Assembly (NCBI GenBank): GCA_976551045.1
Contig: CDPCPM010000207.1
Coordinates: forward strand, 5,518,001 to 5,582,000
Reading direction: 5' to 3'
Length of the DNA stretch: 64,000 nt
Source of the DNA: Glaucostegus cemiculus
Lineage: Eukaryota
Shown: positions 61,910-64,000 of the stretch, piece after piece
Layout: the number at the start of each line of letters is the position of its first letter
How positions within the stretch are numbered: the first letter of the stretch is position 1
Notes under the pieces: generated by a model
Told to the model about the DNA's origin: nothing
The model's database searches: none
What the model saw: only the letters and a program-made list of their open reading frames with translations
Program-made: the position numbers and the translations under genes

Positions 61910-62735
61910 TTGGAGTAGACAGCCAGTATCTTCTTCCCAGGGTTGAAATGTGTAATACCAGAGTGCATGCATTTAAGGTGAGAGAGGGCAAGTTCAAAAG
62001 AGATGTACAGGGCAATTTATTGGGTGCCTGGAATATGCTACCAGGGGTGGTAATGGAGTCATATACAATGGAGGCTTTTAGAAAGGCACATGGAATTGCA
62101 GAGAATGGAGATATGGATCTTGTGTAGGCAGAAGGGATTAGTATAGTTAGGCATTTATTTACAAGTTTAATTAGTTCAGGGCTGAAGGGCCTGTCCTATA
62201 CTGACCAAAGTGCTTTCCTGAAGCTAGTCCCATTTCCCTGTGTTTGGCCCATTTCCATCTAAACATTTCCTACCCATGTACCTGTCAAAATGTCTGCAGC
62301 TCATTCCATATACCCACCACCTTCTGTGTGGGGTGGGGGTGGAGTTGCCCCTCAATTTAAATCTCTCCACTCTCATCTTAAAACTACACTCACTAGTTTT
62401 TGACTTCTCTAACCTGGGAAAAAGACTGAGACTATTCACTTTATCTATGTCCCTCATGATTTTATTAACCTGCATAATGGCCTATCCACCCAACACGTAC
62501 CAGCTCTTGCCCTAACCCTTCCCCTTCCTGCTTTATCACCTTCTACCCCCAGAGGAAGGGTCTCAATCCAAAGTAGCGACCATCGTTTTGCCTCCACAGG
62601 TGCTGCCTGACCAGCTAAGTTCCTCCAGCAGTTTGTTTTTCTTCCCCATTCATTCTCTCCTTACAACTCAAGGTCTCCAATCCCAGCAACATCCTTGCGA
62701 ATCTTTTCTGCACCCTCTCCAGCTTAATCACATCT
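61910..62735. mobile_element. CR1 remnants in both orientations plus a short Penelope-like terminus (~62480-62640)
   Basis: CR1 tails at ~62180 (+) and ~62200-62475 (-); GGTGCTGCCTGACCAGCTAAGTTCCTCCAGCA. Confidence 0.65.
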
Positions 62736-62844
62736 TAATTCTTTTGATTACCCTATTGTTGTACCTTCAAGGATCTCCCCATATTCACTTTGAACTTGAA
62801 GATGAAAATTTAGCTTTCAGCTTGAAGATGAAAATTTAAAAAAA

Positions 62845-63510
62845 AACTGCGGAGTCTGGAGTCTGAACACATCAAAAACACTCAGCAGGTCAGGCAGCAT
62901 CTGTGGAAGGAAAAACCGAGTTAGTGTTTTGAGTTGATCTGATTAATGTTTCATCTGAAATGGATAAGAACAGGTAATTTTAAGTTGCAGTGAAGGTGGT
63001 GGGAGGGAGGGATAGGACAGAGGGAATATCAGTGACAGGGGGGGAAGGATGAGTAGTATCGGTTGCTCAGTCAAACAGGGAGAGCTAGAGGGTGGTAATG
63101 TAAGAAGCATGCTGCATTGATAATAGCAGGGCTGTGGAATGTGTCTGGTGAGTCGGGCTGAACTAATGGACATAGAGAACCTGAGCCAAGAATACAGGTG
63201 GATGGTTTGCAGCAGAAACAGCCGTTTCTAATGTAGGTGGAGAACACGGGTCTCTTGAAGTTGGGCAACACGGTATTGAGTCCGGAAGGCTGAAACATGC
63301 CCAGGCAGAAGATCGGGCGTTGTTCCTCGAGCTTGCATCAGGCCTCGTTGTAGCCGTGCAGGAGCTCACACACACAGGTCAGAGGGGTGTGAGGAAATAA
63401 AGTGGCAGCTACTGGAAGCTGAGGGTCATTCCTGTGGACTGTACACAGGTGCTGCGCAAAGCCATCACCCAATCAGCCTTTGGCTTCTCTCACCGGCTGC
63501 GTTATAGAGT
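62845..63510 (-). mobile_element. Penelope-like element remnant (terminus plus endonuclease C-terminal region)
   Basis: CTCAGCAGGTCAGGCAGCATCTGTGGA terminus; minus-strand KLEEQRPIFCLGMFQPSGLN matches PLE C-termini and 23095-23165. Confidence 0.75.
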
Positions 63511-64000
63511 ACAAGAAGAATATTTGACAGGCAGGTGGGTTGGGATATGTTTAGTTATTAAAGGACGAGCTCAGTTGGCCCACGGTTTGAGCTCATACCA
63601 TCCCCTTCATGTCACATTGGCCAAATATCGAGATTGGTGACTTGCTGTAACTAAAGCTAACTCCACCAGTGGCCATAGATAAATGATCAAAAAGAAACAA
63701 AAATCAGGCATTCCTCACGAAAGCTGTGCTGGCAGTGAAACCTGGCAGAGGTCTAATGGCTAAAAATGGCCCTCTTTACTTTGCCTTTTCTCTATGTAAA
63801 GAGCATAGGGGCTTTGATTTATTGGTTCAGCTAAGGTGGTTCTGAGGTACAAACAATTTGGATGTTAATTTCTTTTCAAATTAAATTTAAATTGCCTTCA
63901 CTTCATAAACATACGACTTCTTGACATCTTGATTCATAATTCATGTCAGATGGTGGCTTGTAATTGATGTAGGAACCATCATGAGCTACCAGATCACAAG

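Noticed and set aside
40600-64000. NTRK3 or other coding exons expected from synteny
   Set aside because: No CpG island, signal-peptide exon or recognisable host protein motif was found; all identifiable ORFs are TE-derived.

Overview
Vertebrate nuclear DNA, almost certainly from a cartilaginous fish (probably a batoid), judged by its CR1/HER1-type LINEs, V-domain (HE1-like) SINEs, Deu-type SINEs and Penelope-like elements. Two complete spliced genes can be reconstructed by hand. MRPS11 is on the - strand (6 coding exons, 27248->5893, 198 aa) and MRPL46 is on the + strand (4 coding exons, 27755->40480, 292 aa). They sit head-to-head around a ~0.5 kb CpG-island bidirectional promoter, as in human. 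Bases 1-~850 look like the 3' UTR of a convergent + strand gene (DET1 by human synteny, not verifiable here). No exons were recognised in 40.6-64 kb. The remainder is a dense mosaic of retroelement fragments. The most unusual observations are: (i) a CpG-rich VNTR-bodied element carrying the 3' tail of a Rex1/Babar-type LINE, an SVA-like non-autonomous retroposon candidate; (ii) a partial duplication of MRPS11 exon 1 whose junction apparently seeded a G-rich minisatellite and left a second splice donor; (iii) a strong AT->GC substitution bias in a TE copy next to the promoter; (iv) degenerate minimal hammerhead motifs in fold-back Penelope-like termini. Exon boundaries were worked out exactly. 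Repeat boundaries are approximate and family names come from motif recognition, not a database search. No prokaryotic-type system is present.
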